Assembly (NCBI GenBank): GCA_947471035.1
Contig: CANIWJ010000003.1
Span: 1-64,000, forward strand
Reading direction: 5' to 3'
DNA length: 64,000 bases
Source: Verrucomicrobiota bacterium
GTDB taxonomy: Bacteria; Verrucomicrobiota; Verrucomicrobiia; Opitutales; Opitutaceae
The notes under the pieces are model-generated. The model saw nothing but the letters and a program-made list of their open reading frames with translations. It was not told the DNA's origin and made no database searches. Within the stretch, counting starts at the first letter, position 1. The number at the start of each line of letters is the position of its first letter. The position numbers and the translations under genes are program-made. Below are positions 9,696 to 19,210 of the stretch, piece by piece.

Positions 9696-10841
9696 TCACC
9701 GTGCCTCGAAGCGCCCATCCGCCCGCTTCGCCACTGCCCGCTTTAGCTCCAGCATCATTAACGCCGCCGAAAGCTCGCCCGCGCCCAATCCCGTGGCTCC
9801 TGCTAACTCATCAACGCTCAAAATAGCCCCGCCCGAGAAACACCCCAGCACCCGCGCCTCCTCCGCGCCCAAATCTACCGGCACCTTCCGCGCGCTCGCT
9901 TGCGCCGCCCGCTCCCCGTCCGCCGGGATCGCCGCCACCCCCGCCGGACCGAAACCCTCCAGATAATTCAACTCGCTCAGCACATCGTCCACCGAGGTCA
10001 ATAATGTCGCCCCATCGCGGATCAACTGGTGACACCCCGCGCTGCTCGGCTGGTCGATCCGTCCCGGCACCGCGAATACGAGTCTCCCCTGCTCACCCGC
10101 GAATTTCGCCGTGATCATCGAGCCCCCGCTCACATCGCTCTCCACCACGATCACCGCCTGACACATTCCCGCCACGATCCGATTGCGCATCGCGAACGAC
10201 TGCTTGTCCGCCCGCCGCCCGAACGGAAACTCGGTCAGAATCATCCCGCCGCCCTCCTCGATTTTTCGATAAAGTCCCAAGTTCTCCGGCGGATAAACGA
10301 TGTCGATGCCCGTGCCCAGCACCGCCGCCGTGCGCCCCTTCGCCTCCAACGCCCCCTCGTGCGCAAACGTGTCGATCCCGCGCGCCAACCCGCTCACCAC
10401 GCAAAACCCCAGCTTGGCCAAATCGTAACCCAGTTTCTTCGCCGTCGCCTGCCCATAGAGCGTAGTCCGCCGCGACCCCACGATCGCCACACACGGCGCG
10501 TCCACCGCATAGTCGCCCCGCCGATACAGCCCCAACGGAGCATCCGCCAACTCCTTCAACAAGGGCGGATACCCCGCATCCCGCCGACTCACAAACGTCG
10601 CCCCCGCCTGCGCCAGCCACTCCTCCTCTTTCGCCAGATCCACCAAGGCCCGCCACCCGCGCAGATTCGCGCTGATCTTCGGCCCCACCCCGCGCACCGC
10701 CTCCAACTCCCGCTGCGGCGCATCGAGCAAACGCGTCGGATCGTCCTCAAACGCAGCCAACAGCCGATTCGTCGTGATCGGCCCGATGTCGGGCAGCGCA
10801 TTCAAAACCAAAAACGCCTGGGTGGCCGTCAACTCGCTCAT
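9696..10841 (-). CDS. dprA: DNA-processing protein DprA (Smf)
   Basis: Rossmann-like DprA core GIDTFAHEGAL...AVLGTGIDIVYPPEN...VVESDVSGGSMITAKFAGEQGR. Start ATG at 10841 overlaps the nnr stop (ATGA). Confidence 0.85.
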   Translation of the reverse strand: MSELTATQAFLVLNALPDIGPITTNRLLAAFEDDPTRLLDAPQRELEAVRGVGPKISANLRGWRALVDLAKEEEWLAQAGATFVSRRDAGYPPLLKELADAPLGLYRRGDYAVDAPCVAIVGSRRTTLYGQATAKKLGYDLAKLGFCVVSGLARGIDTFAHEGALEAKGRTAAVLGTGIDIVYPPENLGLYRKIEEGGGMILTEFPFGRRADKQSFAMRNRIVAGMCQAVIVVESDVSGGSMITAKFAGEQGRLVFAVPGRIDQPSSAGCHQLIRDGATLLTSVDDVLSELNYLEGFGPAGVAAIPADGERAAQASARKVPVDLGAEEARVLGCFSGGAILSVDELAGATGLGAGELSAALMMLELKRAVAKRADGRFEAR

Positions 10842-12451
10842 GGCCGTGAATCCCGCAACACCGGTCCGAGAAAGTCCAGCAGCTCCGTCGTCCGCACCGC
10901 CACCTGCCCCCGCGCCCGCGCCAGCGAGTCCGCCGCCATCCCGTGCCACACCACCCCGCGCGCCGCCGCCCCCAGCGCATCCTCCGGCGTTTGCGCCAAC
11001 AAACCGCCAATCAAACCCGCCAACACATCCCCGCTCCCGCCCCGCGCCAAAACCGGCCCGCCGAAAAAACTGTGGTAAACCGCTCCCTGCTCCCCACTCC
11101 TAGCGCCCCCAGCGCTACTCCCCTTAACTAGCTCTACCAACTTACTAGCTCTACTAGCTTCCCCGCCCCCCGCTCCCACCGTTTCAATCCGCGTCACCGG
11201 CCCCTTGCGCACTACCACCGCGCCCTCCGGCACTGCCTCTGCGATCCGCGCCCATTCGCCCGCATGAGGCGTCAGCACCCGCGCCGCGCTGCCCCGCGCC
11301 ACCACCTCCGGCCGCAAGGCATCCGCATCGATCACCAGCGGTCTCGGCGAGGCCGCTACGATCTCACCCGCCAACGCTAGCGTCTCCCGCTCGGTTCCCA
11401 TGCCCGGCCCCAGCACCACCGCCGTCGCCCGCCCGAACGCCTCGCGCACCAGCCCAAACCCTTCCAAGGCCAGCCCGCCCTCCGGCGTCTCTGGCAAGCC
11501 AAACCACATCGCCTCCGGCACCTGCGCGACAAACGCCGGCACCAACGATTCCGGCACCGCCGCCGTGACCAAGCCTGCCCCCGCCCGCAATGCAGCCAAG
11601 GTCGCCATCAACGCCGCCCCTGCATACCGCCGCGACCCCGCCACGATCAGTACCTGCCCAAACGTCCGCTTGTCACTCCTTGCCACCCGTAACGCTCTCA
11701 CCCTCTCCAAGACCCCCGCCCCCAGCCCCAAGTAACCTATTGGGTTACTTGGTAGCGGAAAACCGAGATCGAGGAAGCGCACCCGCCCGGCGTTTTCCAA
11801 AGTCAACAACGGCGATTTCACGCTGCCCGTCGCGTAGGTAAAATCCGCCCGAAACGCGTCCGCCGCATCCAGTCCGCTGGGCAAATCCACCGCCGCCCGA
11901 AGCCGGATCGGATATGCGTTAACCCGCGCCAGAACCGAGGCCACCACACCCTCCAACGGCGGCCTAAACTGAAACCCCAAAACCCCGTCCAAAACCATCT
12001 CATACCCTGCCTTCCAATCCCTCCCGTCCAAGCCCACTCGTCGAACTCCCCGCTCCCCGCCCCCTGCCGCAAGCTCCAAAGCCCGCCGCGTCAAAGGCCG
12101 CAATACCCGCTCGCCGAAAACCAACAACACATCCACCGCTATCCCCGGATACCGTGCGCGCAGTTCGGCTGCCGCCAGCAAAGCGTCGCCCGCGTTGTGC
12201 CCCTTGCCGACCAAAACCAGCACGCGGGCATCCGAGGGAAATTCGCCTAGCTCCGCATAATCCCGCAACACCCCGTCGGCCACCGCCCGACCCGCCACCC
12301 GCATCGCCGCCCACTCGCGCGCTTCGTCCCCCGCGAAATACTCCGCCTCAAAGACCCGCGCCTCGTCACAACTCAAAATCGGATAAGTTCCAGTGATCAC
12401 CGCGACAAAATGACGAATTCTCACTTCACATAGCGAGCACCACCGGTGCAT
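10838..12451 (-). CDS. nnr: bifunctional NAD(P)H-hydrate repair enzyme Nnr (epimerase/ADP-dependent dehydratase)
   Basis: YjeF-N LVLVGKGHNAGDALLAA and YjeF-C GGSGDVLAGLIGGLLAQ motifs. Contains an in-frame copy of repeat family B. The 5' end overlaps a family-A repeat, so the true start may be a downstream GTG. Confidence 0.8.
   Translation of the reverse strand: MHRWCSLCEVRIRHFVAVITGTYPILSCDEARVFEAEYFAGDEAREWAAMRVAGRAVADGVLRDYAELGEFPSDARVLVLVGKGHNAGDALLAAAELRARYPGIAVDVLLVFGERVLRPLTRRALELAAGGGERGVRRVGLDGRDWKAGYEMVLDGVLGFQFRPPLEGVVASVLARVNAYPIRLRAAVDLPSGLDAADAFRADFTYATGSVKSPLLTLENAGRVRFLDLGFPLPSNPIGYLGLGAGVLERVRALRVARSDKRTFGQVLIVAGSRRYAGAALMATLAALRAGAGLVTAAVPESLVPAFVAQVPEAMWFGLPETPEGGLALEGFGLVREAFGRATAVVLGPGMGTERETLALAGEIVAASPRPLVIDADALRPEVVARGSAARVLTPHAGEWARIAEAVPEGAVVVRKGPVTRIETVGAGGGEASRASKLVELVKGSSAGGARSGEQGAVYHSFFGGPVLARGGSGDVLAGLIGGLLAQTPEDALGAAARGVVWHGMAADSLARARGQVAVRTTELLDFLGPVLRDSRP
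11118..11165. repeat. family-B repeat (copy 3) inserted in-frame inside nnr
   Basis: CTCCCCTTAACTAGCTCTACCAACTTACTAGCTCTACTAGCTTCCCC lies within the uninterrupted nnr ORF. Confidence 0.7.
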
Positions 12452-12507
12452 CCACCCGCCGCATAACTCATAGATGCCTTGATTATTACGGCTCCCTTTT
12501 CGCTAAA

Positions 12508-13815
12508 CTACGACCCCGCCCGCCGCCCCACTCCCGGGCGCGGAGAAACGATTCGCACCGGCACCGGCTCACCCACCGAGCGGGCCGCCACTTCGCGGAT
12601 CTTATCCTTTTTGCTCTTTCGCCGCCCTTTGATGCCGCCGCCATCAGGCGCGACCAACGGCGACGCCGCCTCCGTCTCGTGCGGCGCAAATCCCTCGATC
12701 TGTTCCCGCTCCAGCGTCAGCCCGTGCAACTTCTCGATCAGGCAAAAATGCGCGTGCGTGCTGGCGCTCACGAAACTGATCGCCACCCCCGCCTCGCCCG
12801 CCCGTCCCGTGCGCCCGATGCGGTGCGTGTAGTCCACCGCCGAACGCGGCAGATCGTAGTTCACCACCACTGGCAGCTTGGGAATGTCGATTCCGCGCGC
12901 CACCAGATCGGTCGCGATCAACACCTTAACTTTCCCTGTTTTTAAATCCGCCAGCGCCTGGGTTCGGGCCCCCTGGCTCAACTCCCCGTGCAGGGCCGCC
13001 GCCGCGATACCCGCGCGCCCTAGCTTTTCCGCCACATGCTCGGTCGCGTATTTCGTCGCCACAAACACCAGCACACCCGACCACGGATTCGTCTCGATCA
13101 AATGCCGCAACAACTGCGTGCGGCGCGGCACGTCCACTTCGATCACCCGTTGTAAAATCTCCGGAGCGGCCTCCTCTGTCACCGGTGCCTCGATACGCAC
13201 CGGGGCGCGCAGCAAGGCAGCCGCCAGCGCCTGCACTTCGGGCGGAAACGTCGCGGAAAACAACAAACTCTGCCGCCGCTTCGGCAGCAAACCGACGATG
13301 CGATCAAGCTCAGCCTTGAACCCCAGATCGAGCAGCCGGTCCGCCTCGTCCAGCACCAGGACCGACACCTCCGCCAGCGAGAGCGCATTGTGGTCGATAA
13401 GATCGAGCAAGCGCCCCGGCGTGGCGACCAGAAGATCGGCCCCGCCGCCCAGCGCCATCATCTGTGGGTTGATCGACAGACCGCCCACCGCCACCAGCGT
13501 CTTGAGCGGCTGGGGTAGGTAACGCGCATAACGCCGCACCGCCTCCACCACCTGCGTGGCCAGTTCCCGAGTCGGCACCAAAATCAATGCGCTCACAAAC
13601 CGCCCGTCCGGCCGCCGCGCCGCCGCCAGCTTTTGCACCAAGGGCAACGCAAACGCGGCCGTTTTTCCCGACCCCGTCTGCGCCGACGCCCAGACGTCCC
13701 CACCCTTCAAAATCACCGGAATCGCCTCCGCTTGGATCGGCGTCGGCACCTCGTAATGCCATGCCGCCACGGCGCGCTGCAACGGTTCGGAAAGTCCCAA
13801 ATTAGAAAACGACAT
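12508..13815 (-). CDS. DEAD-box ATP-dependent RNA helicase (RhlE-like)
   Basis: Q-motif/Walker A AQTGSGKTAAF, PTRELA, DEAD (VLDEAD), SAT, HRIGRTGR motifs. Confidence 0.9.
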   Translation of the reverse strand: MSFSNLGLSEPLQRAVAAWHYEVPTPIQAEAIPVILKGGDVWASAQTGSGKTAAFALPLVQKLAAARRPDGRFVSALILVPTRELATQVVEAVRRYARYLPQPLKTLVAVGGLSINPQMMALGGGADLLVATPGRLLDLIDHNALSLAEVSVLVLDEADRLLDLGFKAELDRIVGLLPKRRQSLLFSATFPPEVQALAAALLRAPVRIEAPVTEEAAPEILQRVIEVDVPRRTQLLRHLIETNPWSGVLVFVATKYATEHVAEKLGRAGIAAAALHGELSQGARTQALADLKTGKVKVLIATDLVARGIDIPKLPVVVNYDLPRSAVDYTHRIGRTGRAGEAGVAISFVSASTHAHFCLIEKLHGLTLEREQIEGFAPHETEAASPLVAPDGGGIKGRRKSKKDKIREVAARSVGEPVPVRIVSPRPGVGRRAGS

Positions 13816-14079
13816 GCCGGGAAACGTGCCGCCCTCCCCGCACAAAGCCACGAAATGTTGCGGTAACTTTTTCGGAGCCGCTCAAACGCCTTCCTTCTGT
13901 AGTCTGGACACACCGTCTGCATACGTTTGCCGAGTCCGCTCGATTGCTAGTCTAGCCGCGTTCGTAAATGCTCGGATTTGTGCTAGTCGGGGTCGGTCTT
14001 GTCCACCCCTTGAAAAAACCAAGCTTCCGCCCCGCCTTCTGTATCTTCATTAACCAGTCCACTCACTTCCTCCCTACCC

Positions 14080-15174
14080 ATGAGCCTTACCCTCCGCGAT
14101 AAATCATCCGTCGTTTTCGACCAAGTCTCCCTCGGCGAAGTCATGCTTCGTCTCGACCCCGGCGAGGGTCGCATCCGCACCGCCCGTTCCTTCGCGGCCT
14201 GGGAAGGCGGCGGCGAGTACAACACCTCCCGCGGCCTGCGCAAATGCTTCGGCCTCAAGACCGCCGTCGCCACCGCTTTCGTTGATAACGAAATCGGTCA
14301 CCTCGTCGAAGACTTCATCATGCAGGGTGGCGTCGCCACCGACTTCATCAAATGGCGCGAGGACGACGGCATCGGCCGCACCGTGCGCAACGGGCTCAAC
14401 TTCACCGAGCGCGGCTTCGGCATCCGCGGCGCAGTCGGCAACCCCGACCGTGGCAACACCGCCGCTTCCCAGATCAAGCCCGGTGATTTCGATTGGGACC
14501 ACATTTTCGGCAAGCTCGGCGCCCGCTGGTTCCACACCGGCGGCATCTTCGCCGCCCTCTCCACCTCGACCGCCGAGGCGACCATCGAAGCGGTTAAAGC
14601 CGCCAACAAACACGGCGTCATCGTCTCCTACGATCTCAACTACCGCCCCTCGCTCTGGAAGACCATCGGCGGCCTCAAAAAAGCCCAGGAGGTCAACCGC
14701 GAGATCGCCAAATACGTGGATGTCATGATCGGCAACGAAGAGGACTTCACCGCTTCGCTCGGCTTCGCCGTCAAGGGTGCCGAGGACCTCAAACACATCG
14801 AGACCGATGCATTTAAGACCATGATCGAGACCGCTGTGAAGGAATTCCCCAACTTCAAGGTCGCCGCCACCACGCTGCGTCACGTGCACACCGCCACGGT
14901 TAACGACTGGTCGGCCATCCTCTGGCACGACGGCCAGTTTTACGAGAGCAAGCAATACCCCCGCCTGGAGATCCTCGACCGCGTCGGCGGCGGCGACTCC
15001 TTTGCCAGCGGCCTCCAGTTCGGCTTCCTCGAATTCAACGATCCGAAAAAAGCCGTTGAATACGGAGCCGCCCACGGTGCCCTGGCCTCCACCACCCCTG
15101 GCGACACCTCCATGGCTACCCGCAAAGAGGTCGAAAAAACCATCGGTGGCGGCGGCGCCCGTGTCGTTCGTTAA
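14080..15174 (+). CDS. PfkB-family sugar kinase (ketodeoxygluconokinase-like)
   Basis: Ribokinase-fold signatures including C-terminal DRVGGGDSFASG (anion hole/ATP site). Confidence 0.8.
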   Translation: MSLTLRDKSSVVFDQVSLGEVMLRLDPGEGRIRTARSFAAWEGGGEYNTSRGLRKCFGLKTAVATAFVDNEIGHLVEDFIMQGGVATDFIKWREDDGIGRTVRNGLNFTERGFGIRGAVGNPDRGNTAASQIKPGDFDWDHIFGKLGARWFHTGGIFAALSTSTAEATIEAVKAANKHGVIVSYDLNYRPSLWKTIGGLKKAQEVNREIAKYVDVMIGNEEDFTASLGFAVKGAEDLKHIETDAFKTMIETAVKEFPNFKVAATTLRHVHTATVNDWSAILWHDGQFYESKQYPRLEILDRVGGGDSFASGLQFGFLEFNDPKKAVEYGAAHGALASTTPGDTSMATRKEVEKTIGGGGARVVR

Positions 15175-15209
15175 GCCGGGAAAACACATCGTTTCAGTAG
15201 GCTTCACCT

Positions 15210-15246
15210 GGCCGGCCGCGCTCCTCAGCGCGGCCGGCTTTTTTTA
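15210..15246 (+). terminator. Rho-independent terminator after the kinase gene
   Basis: GGCCGGCCGCGC-loop-GCGCGGCCGGC stem followed by TTTTTTT. Confidence 0.75.
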
Positions 15247-15733
15247 TGCGGGAAACAACCGCCCTCGCTCGTCCCCCCTTCTCTACGCCTCGCCGTTGGA
15301 GCCCCGCCTTTAGGCGGTCCCTCTCTTCGCGCGACTAGTCCCCGGCCAAAGCCGGAACTCCAACTCAAGCCCCGGCCGACACCCAATCTTAACCGCCAGA
15401 AACATCCGCGCACTTGGCACGAGCGATGCAACGTGCATGTTGAACACAACAAAACCAAATGACGCCCTCCTTATCCATCATCGCCCTTCGCTCCGCCGGT
15501 GCTTCCAACGTGAAGACTGCGCAATGCGTCCACGGCCTGATGCAGGGCGCGCAAAAACATTGGTGCCAACAACACCAATCGTGTTGTCCGGTCCGACGAG
15601 TCTGAGCCGTAAAAGCGGCTTCATTTTGAAACTAAGACTCTTCTAGCCGGCGGCCACCAAACGGCCCCGAGCATCTGCATTGTGACGTGATAATTATTTC
15701 AGCTTTTCCAAAACCATTTCCTCTATCTTTCCT

Positions 15734-16120
15734 ATGAACACGATCCTTCCGCCTACGCTGTCCAGCAGTCGTCGTCCGGGCCGTTCCGTCTCCGCCGTGA
15801 ATAGTGAGACGCGCAGCCCGCATTACGATTGCCAACCGCACGGCGACCGCGTGGAGCTGACGGTTTTCCTGCCTGGCGTGGATGCCGCTGGCGTTGAAAT
15901 CGTGGTGCGCGGACCCGATCTCGTGGTAGTTGGCCGCAAGACCCACTCCGTGCGGGTCAATTTCGCCGCCGCCAACCTGGAAAGCGTCCAACTCGACTAC
16001 GAACTCCGTCTGCGCCTCGGTCGCGACCTCGACTACTCCACCCTCTCAGCCGAACTCTCCGATGGCATCCTAAGTGTGAATATACCGCGTCGGAGCTCTG
16101 CACTCGCTCACGCCGCGTGA
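15734..16120 (+). CDS. Hsp20/alpha-crystallin family small heat-shock protein
   Basis: Alpha-crystallin domain pattern ELTVFLPGVDAAGVEIVV...YELRLRLGRDLDYSTLSAELSDGILSVNIP. Confidence 0.8.
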   Translation: MNTILPPTLSSSRRPGRSVSAVNSETRSPHYDCQPHGDRVELTVFLPGVDAAGVEIVVRGPDLVVVGRKTHSVRVNFAAANLESVQLDYELRLRLGRDLDYSTLSAELSDGILSVNIPRRSSALAHAA

Positions 16121-16157
16121 GGTTTTTCGGGTTAAAATACGAAAAAGCCCTGCGTTA

Positions 16158-16193
16158 ACCCCGGGTCGCTCCCGCAGCGATCCGGGGTTTTTG
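16158..16193 (+). terminator. Rho-independent terminator after the Hsp20 gene
   Basis: AACCCCGGGTCGC-loop-GCGATCCGGGGTT stem followed by TTTTT. Confidence 0.75.
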
Positions 16194-16228
16194 TTAACGG
16201 ACACAGCGCCGGAGTATTTGATCGCCAA

Positions 16229-16912
16229 TTACTTAACCAAGTCGTGATACATGCACCAGCGGGTCAGGCCCACCACATCGCGCACGCCCAACTTGGCGTG
16301 AATGTTGGCCCGGTGTTTTTCAACCGTGCGTGTGCTTAAATTCAGTTTCGTCGCGACTTCCTTGGACGAGAGCGCCGCTGCCACCAGTTTGGCAATCTGC
16401 AGCTCGCGCGTCGTAAGCACGTCGGGAAGGACATTCTGTGCGTCGCCGGGCAACACCACCGCAGGCTCGGCCGCAACCTTGGCCAAGCCTGCCGTGCTGG
16501 TGTAGCTCAAACCACCAGCCAGAACACTGCGGATAGTCTTGGCGAGCTCCACCGAACTGGCGGTTTTGTCACCGAAGCCTTGCACGCCAAGCTTGAGTAA
16601 CTCTCTTGGCAAATCACCGCGCGGATGGGCGGTCATAAGCAGCACAATCATATCCGGCAAGGTGGGTCTTAGCGTGCGCACGACCTCTACGCCTTGCTGA
16701 TCTGGAAGATGTAAATCAAGTAAAAGTGCCTCGGGTTTATCCCGTAAACAGGCAGCCACACCTTCCTTGGCCGTGCCGAACTCGCCGATCAAGTCCACGC
16801 CAGCTATCTTCTTCAATACCTGACGTAAAAACTGCCGGTAAACCGGATCGTCCTCGATCATCACCACCCGGATGACTGGCGAATAGACTGTGGATTTTTG
16901 AGATTTAGACAT
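16229..16912 (-). CDS. LuxR/NarL-family two-component response regulator
   Basis: Receiver domain (VVMIEDDPV...LLLDLHLPD...) plus C-terminal LuxR HTH (LTTRELQIAKLVAAALSSKEVATKLNLSTRTVEKHRANIHAKLG). Confidence 0.85.
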   Translation of the reverse strand: MSKSQKSTVYSPVIRVVMIEDDPVYRQFLRQVLKKIAGVDLIGEFGTAKEGVAACLRDKPEALLLDLHLPDQQGVEVVRTLRPTLPDMIVLLMTAHPRGDLPRELLKLGVQGFGDKTASSVELAKTIRSVLAGGLSYTSTAGLAKVAAEPAVVLPGDAQNVLPDVLTTRELQIAKLVAAALSSKEVATKLNLSTRTVEKHRANIHAKLGVRDVVGLTRWCMYHDLVK

Positions 16913-16999
16913 GGTCTGTGACCCACCTCAGGTCGCCACAGCAAACGCGCCCTCGCCTCCAGCGCAAGGGCAACCCTACGTAGTTGCACGTAATTCCGC

Positions 17000-17893
17000 C
17001 TAAAGCTCCGGCACCAACCAATGCACGCCCCCGGCCGCTCCATCGCCCTGGGCCAGCACCGGGGCCAGCCAACGCGCCATCGCATCCAAGGGGCGGGCAC
17101 TGCCCCAAGGCGGATTGATAACCAACAAACCGCAGCCCCAGACTTTCAGTCCGGCACCGTCGCCCGCGATAAGTAGCTCGACCGTGTAGCAGGGCGGCAA
17201 TTTCGGCAAAGCCAGCAACTGCCGGTAAAACGCATCCACCCGGGCGCGAGCCGTGAGTGGATACCACACCGCAAACGTGCCTCCGGGCAAACGTGCCAAG
17301 CCCTCACGCAAGGCGGTGATCACATTTGTCCATTCGTCCGCCGCCTCGAAGGGCGGATCGATCAAAACCAGTGCCCGGCGCTCCGGTGGAGGCAGGTATG
17401 CCCGCACCGCCGTGTACCCATCCATGGCTTGAACGGAGCAGCGGCGAACCCCACGAAAACTATCCACCAACGCGGCGGCCTCGTCCGGTTGACGCTCACA
17501 GAGCAACGCGCGGTCCTGCGCCCGCAAGGCCGCCTGAGCCAGCCACGGTGAGCCGGGGTAAAATCGGGGGAACTCGCCCTCCTCCGTGCCACCCTCGTTC
17601 GCCGTGCGGGTGGCTTGATCAAACATCCGCACCGCCTCGGCGTACGCTTGAAGCTCAGGCGGAAGATCGCGCCGCCCCCATATCCGCCCCAGCCCGTTCG
17701 GCCACTCAGCCTCACGCTCGCGCGTGGTGCCGGTGGCTGCCTCCTTTAGATCATAGCCGCCCCGGCCGGCATGCGAATCGAGGTAGAGAAACCCTTTTTC
17801 CTTCGCCTGAAGCCCGGCGATGAGCCTGAGCAAGGTGGCGTGTTTGAGCACGTCGGCAAAGTTAGCCGCGTGAAAATGGTGACGGTAGTTCAC
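17000..17893 (-). CDS. rlmJ: 23S rRNA (adenine2030-N6)-methyltransferase RlmJ
   Basis: N-terminus MNYRHHFHAANFADVLKHATLL...YLDSHAGRGGY is characteristic of RlmJ/YhiR. Confidence 0.85.
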   Translation of the reverse strand: MNYRHHFHAANFADVLKHATLLRLIAGLQAKEKGFLYLDSHAGRGGYDLKEAATGTTREREAEWPNGLGRIWGRRDLPPELQAYAEAVRMFDQATRTANEGGTEEGEFPRFYPGSPWLAQAALRAQDRALLCERQPDEAAALVDSFRGVRRCSVQAMDGYTAVRAYLPPPERRALVLIDPPFEAADEWTNVITALREGLARLPGGTFAVWYPLTARARVDAFYRQLLALPKLPPCYTVELLIAGDGAGLKVWGCGLLVINPPWGSARPLDAMARWLAPVLAQGDGAAGGVHWLVPEL

Positions 17894-18393
17894 GCGCGGG
17901 CCGTCACGGGGACTTTGACCACGGTCTTACGCACCAGGGATGTTGGCCCGTCCGCCAGCGATGGCATGTGCCCATCCACCGGGAAAAAGACTGCCGCCTC
18001 GCCCGCCAGCACCCGCAAGGTCGAGCCGCCTTCGTGAGCGGCGTAAAACATCAGGTCGCGCTCGCTGCGCAAATCCTCGGTTAGGGAAAGTTGGTTCACC
18101 TCAATCACGCGCATCAATTCCCGCCCCGCGACCACCACCTGCACGTCGATGTGTTTCTCATGCGCTTCCCAACGGCCTTCGCTAGCCGGTTTCGTGTCGT
18201 AAGCCTGCTCCAAGGCAAACACCCCGTCGCCCAGTTCGATCCGTTCCGTCGCACCCACCGGCACGGCGGCGATACGGGCTGCCTCGATCGAGCCCGGCGT
18301 CAGGCAACGCGCCACATAGCCCAGCGCCAGAACGAAGCCCGGCGACGAAGCTAACTGCGAACGAACCGTGGAAAGAGAGCCAAAGAGTGCCAT
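17890..18393 (-). CDS. YhcH/YjgK/YiaL (DUF386) family protein
   Basis: Cupin-like family pattern (MALFGSL...WEAHEKHIDVQVVVAGRELM...FFPVDGH). Start trimmed to ATG 18393; upstream Arg-rich extension rejected. Confidence 0.55.
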   Translation of the reverse strand: MALFGSLSTVRSQLASSPGFVLALGYVARCLTPGSIEAARIAAVPVGATERIELGDGVFALEQAYDTKPASEGRWEAHEKHIDVQVVVAGRELMRVIEVNQLSLTEDLRSERDLMFYAAHEGGSTLRVLAGEAAVFFPVDGHMPSLADGPTSLVRKTVVKVPVTARA

Positions 18394-18460
18394 AAGTTGT
18401 CCAGTTGACTGCGCCCCGCGCCGGCTGGCAAGTCGGCTCGTTCTGCGATTCGTTCCGCGC

Positions 18461-19210
18461 CTAAAGCTTGGGCCATTCGGCGACCGGCGGGGAGAAAAAA
18501 TCCTTCGGCAATTCCGGGTTCGCCACGTAGCTTTCAATCACACTTTCGTGCAGCATCCGCCCCTCCGATTCCACCCGAATACGATGGGGTAAAAGCACTC
18601 CTGCCACCGCTCTGAAATCACTATAAATCGTGACCATTCGGACCTCTTGCCCGGCCAGTTTTCTACGCACCTCACGCCGGGTCAGCAGGTGGGTCTCATC
18701 ATCGAGATAAAGCGTGCTTACCTCGCTGTAGTTTAACGTCGCCAACAAACTCTGGTAAGTCGTCCCTCCGATCATCGTCTCGCCAGCGTAGTCCAGGCTG
18801 ATTCGGCGCGTTTGATAGTCATACAAGGGCGAATCAAACTCCGCCTCCTGCACAAAAAGACGTTCCTCTTCACGCCCCAAACGCATGGGCGGCTTGAGCG
18901 CGTCGGCTTTTTTCCACGGCACGTGCACCCCGTCAAAAGCCCGCACCAGCGAGCCTGCCTCGCCCACCGTCTCGATACGCACCGAGCGCGGTCGCGCCAC
19001 ATGAAGAATAAAAGGCACCGAACGCTCACCGATGCGGGTTTCACCGACCGCGCGCCAACTCGCCAGCGCAGTCATGGCCTGGGTTCCCCCCGTCGCCTCG
19101 GTCGCGATTCGCGCCAGGTCGGCAGCCAGATCCGACCTGCCCGCATTCGTAGCCACACCGAGCGCGATCAACACCAAACCCACTCGCGTAAATCGCCCAA
19201 AACGTTTCAT
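18461..19210 (-). CDS. secreted LolA-like/outer-membrane lipoprotein-sorting-like hypothetical protein
   Basis: Signal peptide MKRFGRFTRVGLVLIALGVA; all-beta-like composition; paralogous to the 40575-41324 product. Confidence 0.5.
   Translation of the reverse strand: MKRFGRFTRVGLVLIALGVATNAGRSDLAADLARIATEATGGTQAMTALASWRAVGETRIGERSVPFILHVARPRSVRIETVGEAGSLVRAFDGVHVPWKKADALKPPMRLGREEERLFVQEAEFDSPLYDYQTRRISLDYAGETMIGGTTYQSLLATLNYSEVSTLYLDDETHLLTRREVRRKLAGQEVRMVTIYSDFRAVAGVLLPHRIRVESEGRMLHESVIESYVANPELPKDFFSPPVAEWPKL

Noticed and set aside
10029-11078. 349-aa plus-strand Arg/Pro-rich ORF
   Set aside because: Antisense to dprA and nnr; composition typical of a wrong frame in GC-rich DNA.
14104-15207. 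367-aa minus-strand ORF opposite the PfkB kinase
   Set aside because: Gly/Ala/Val-rich shadow ORF typical of high-GC antisense frames. The plus-strand product has clear ribokinase-family motifs.
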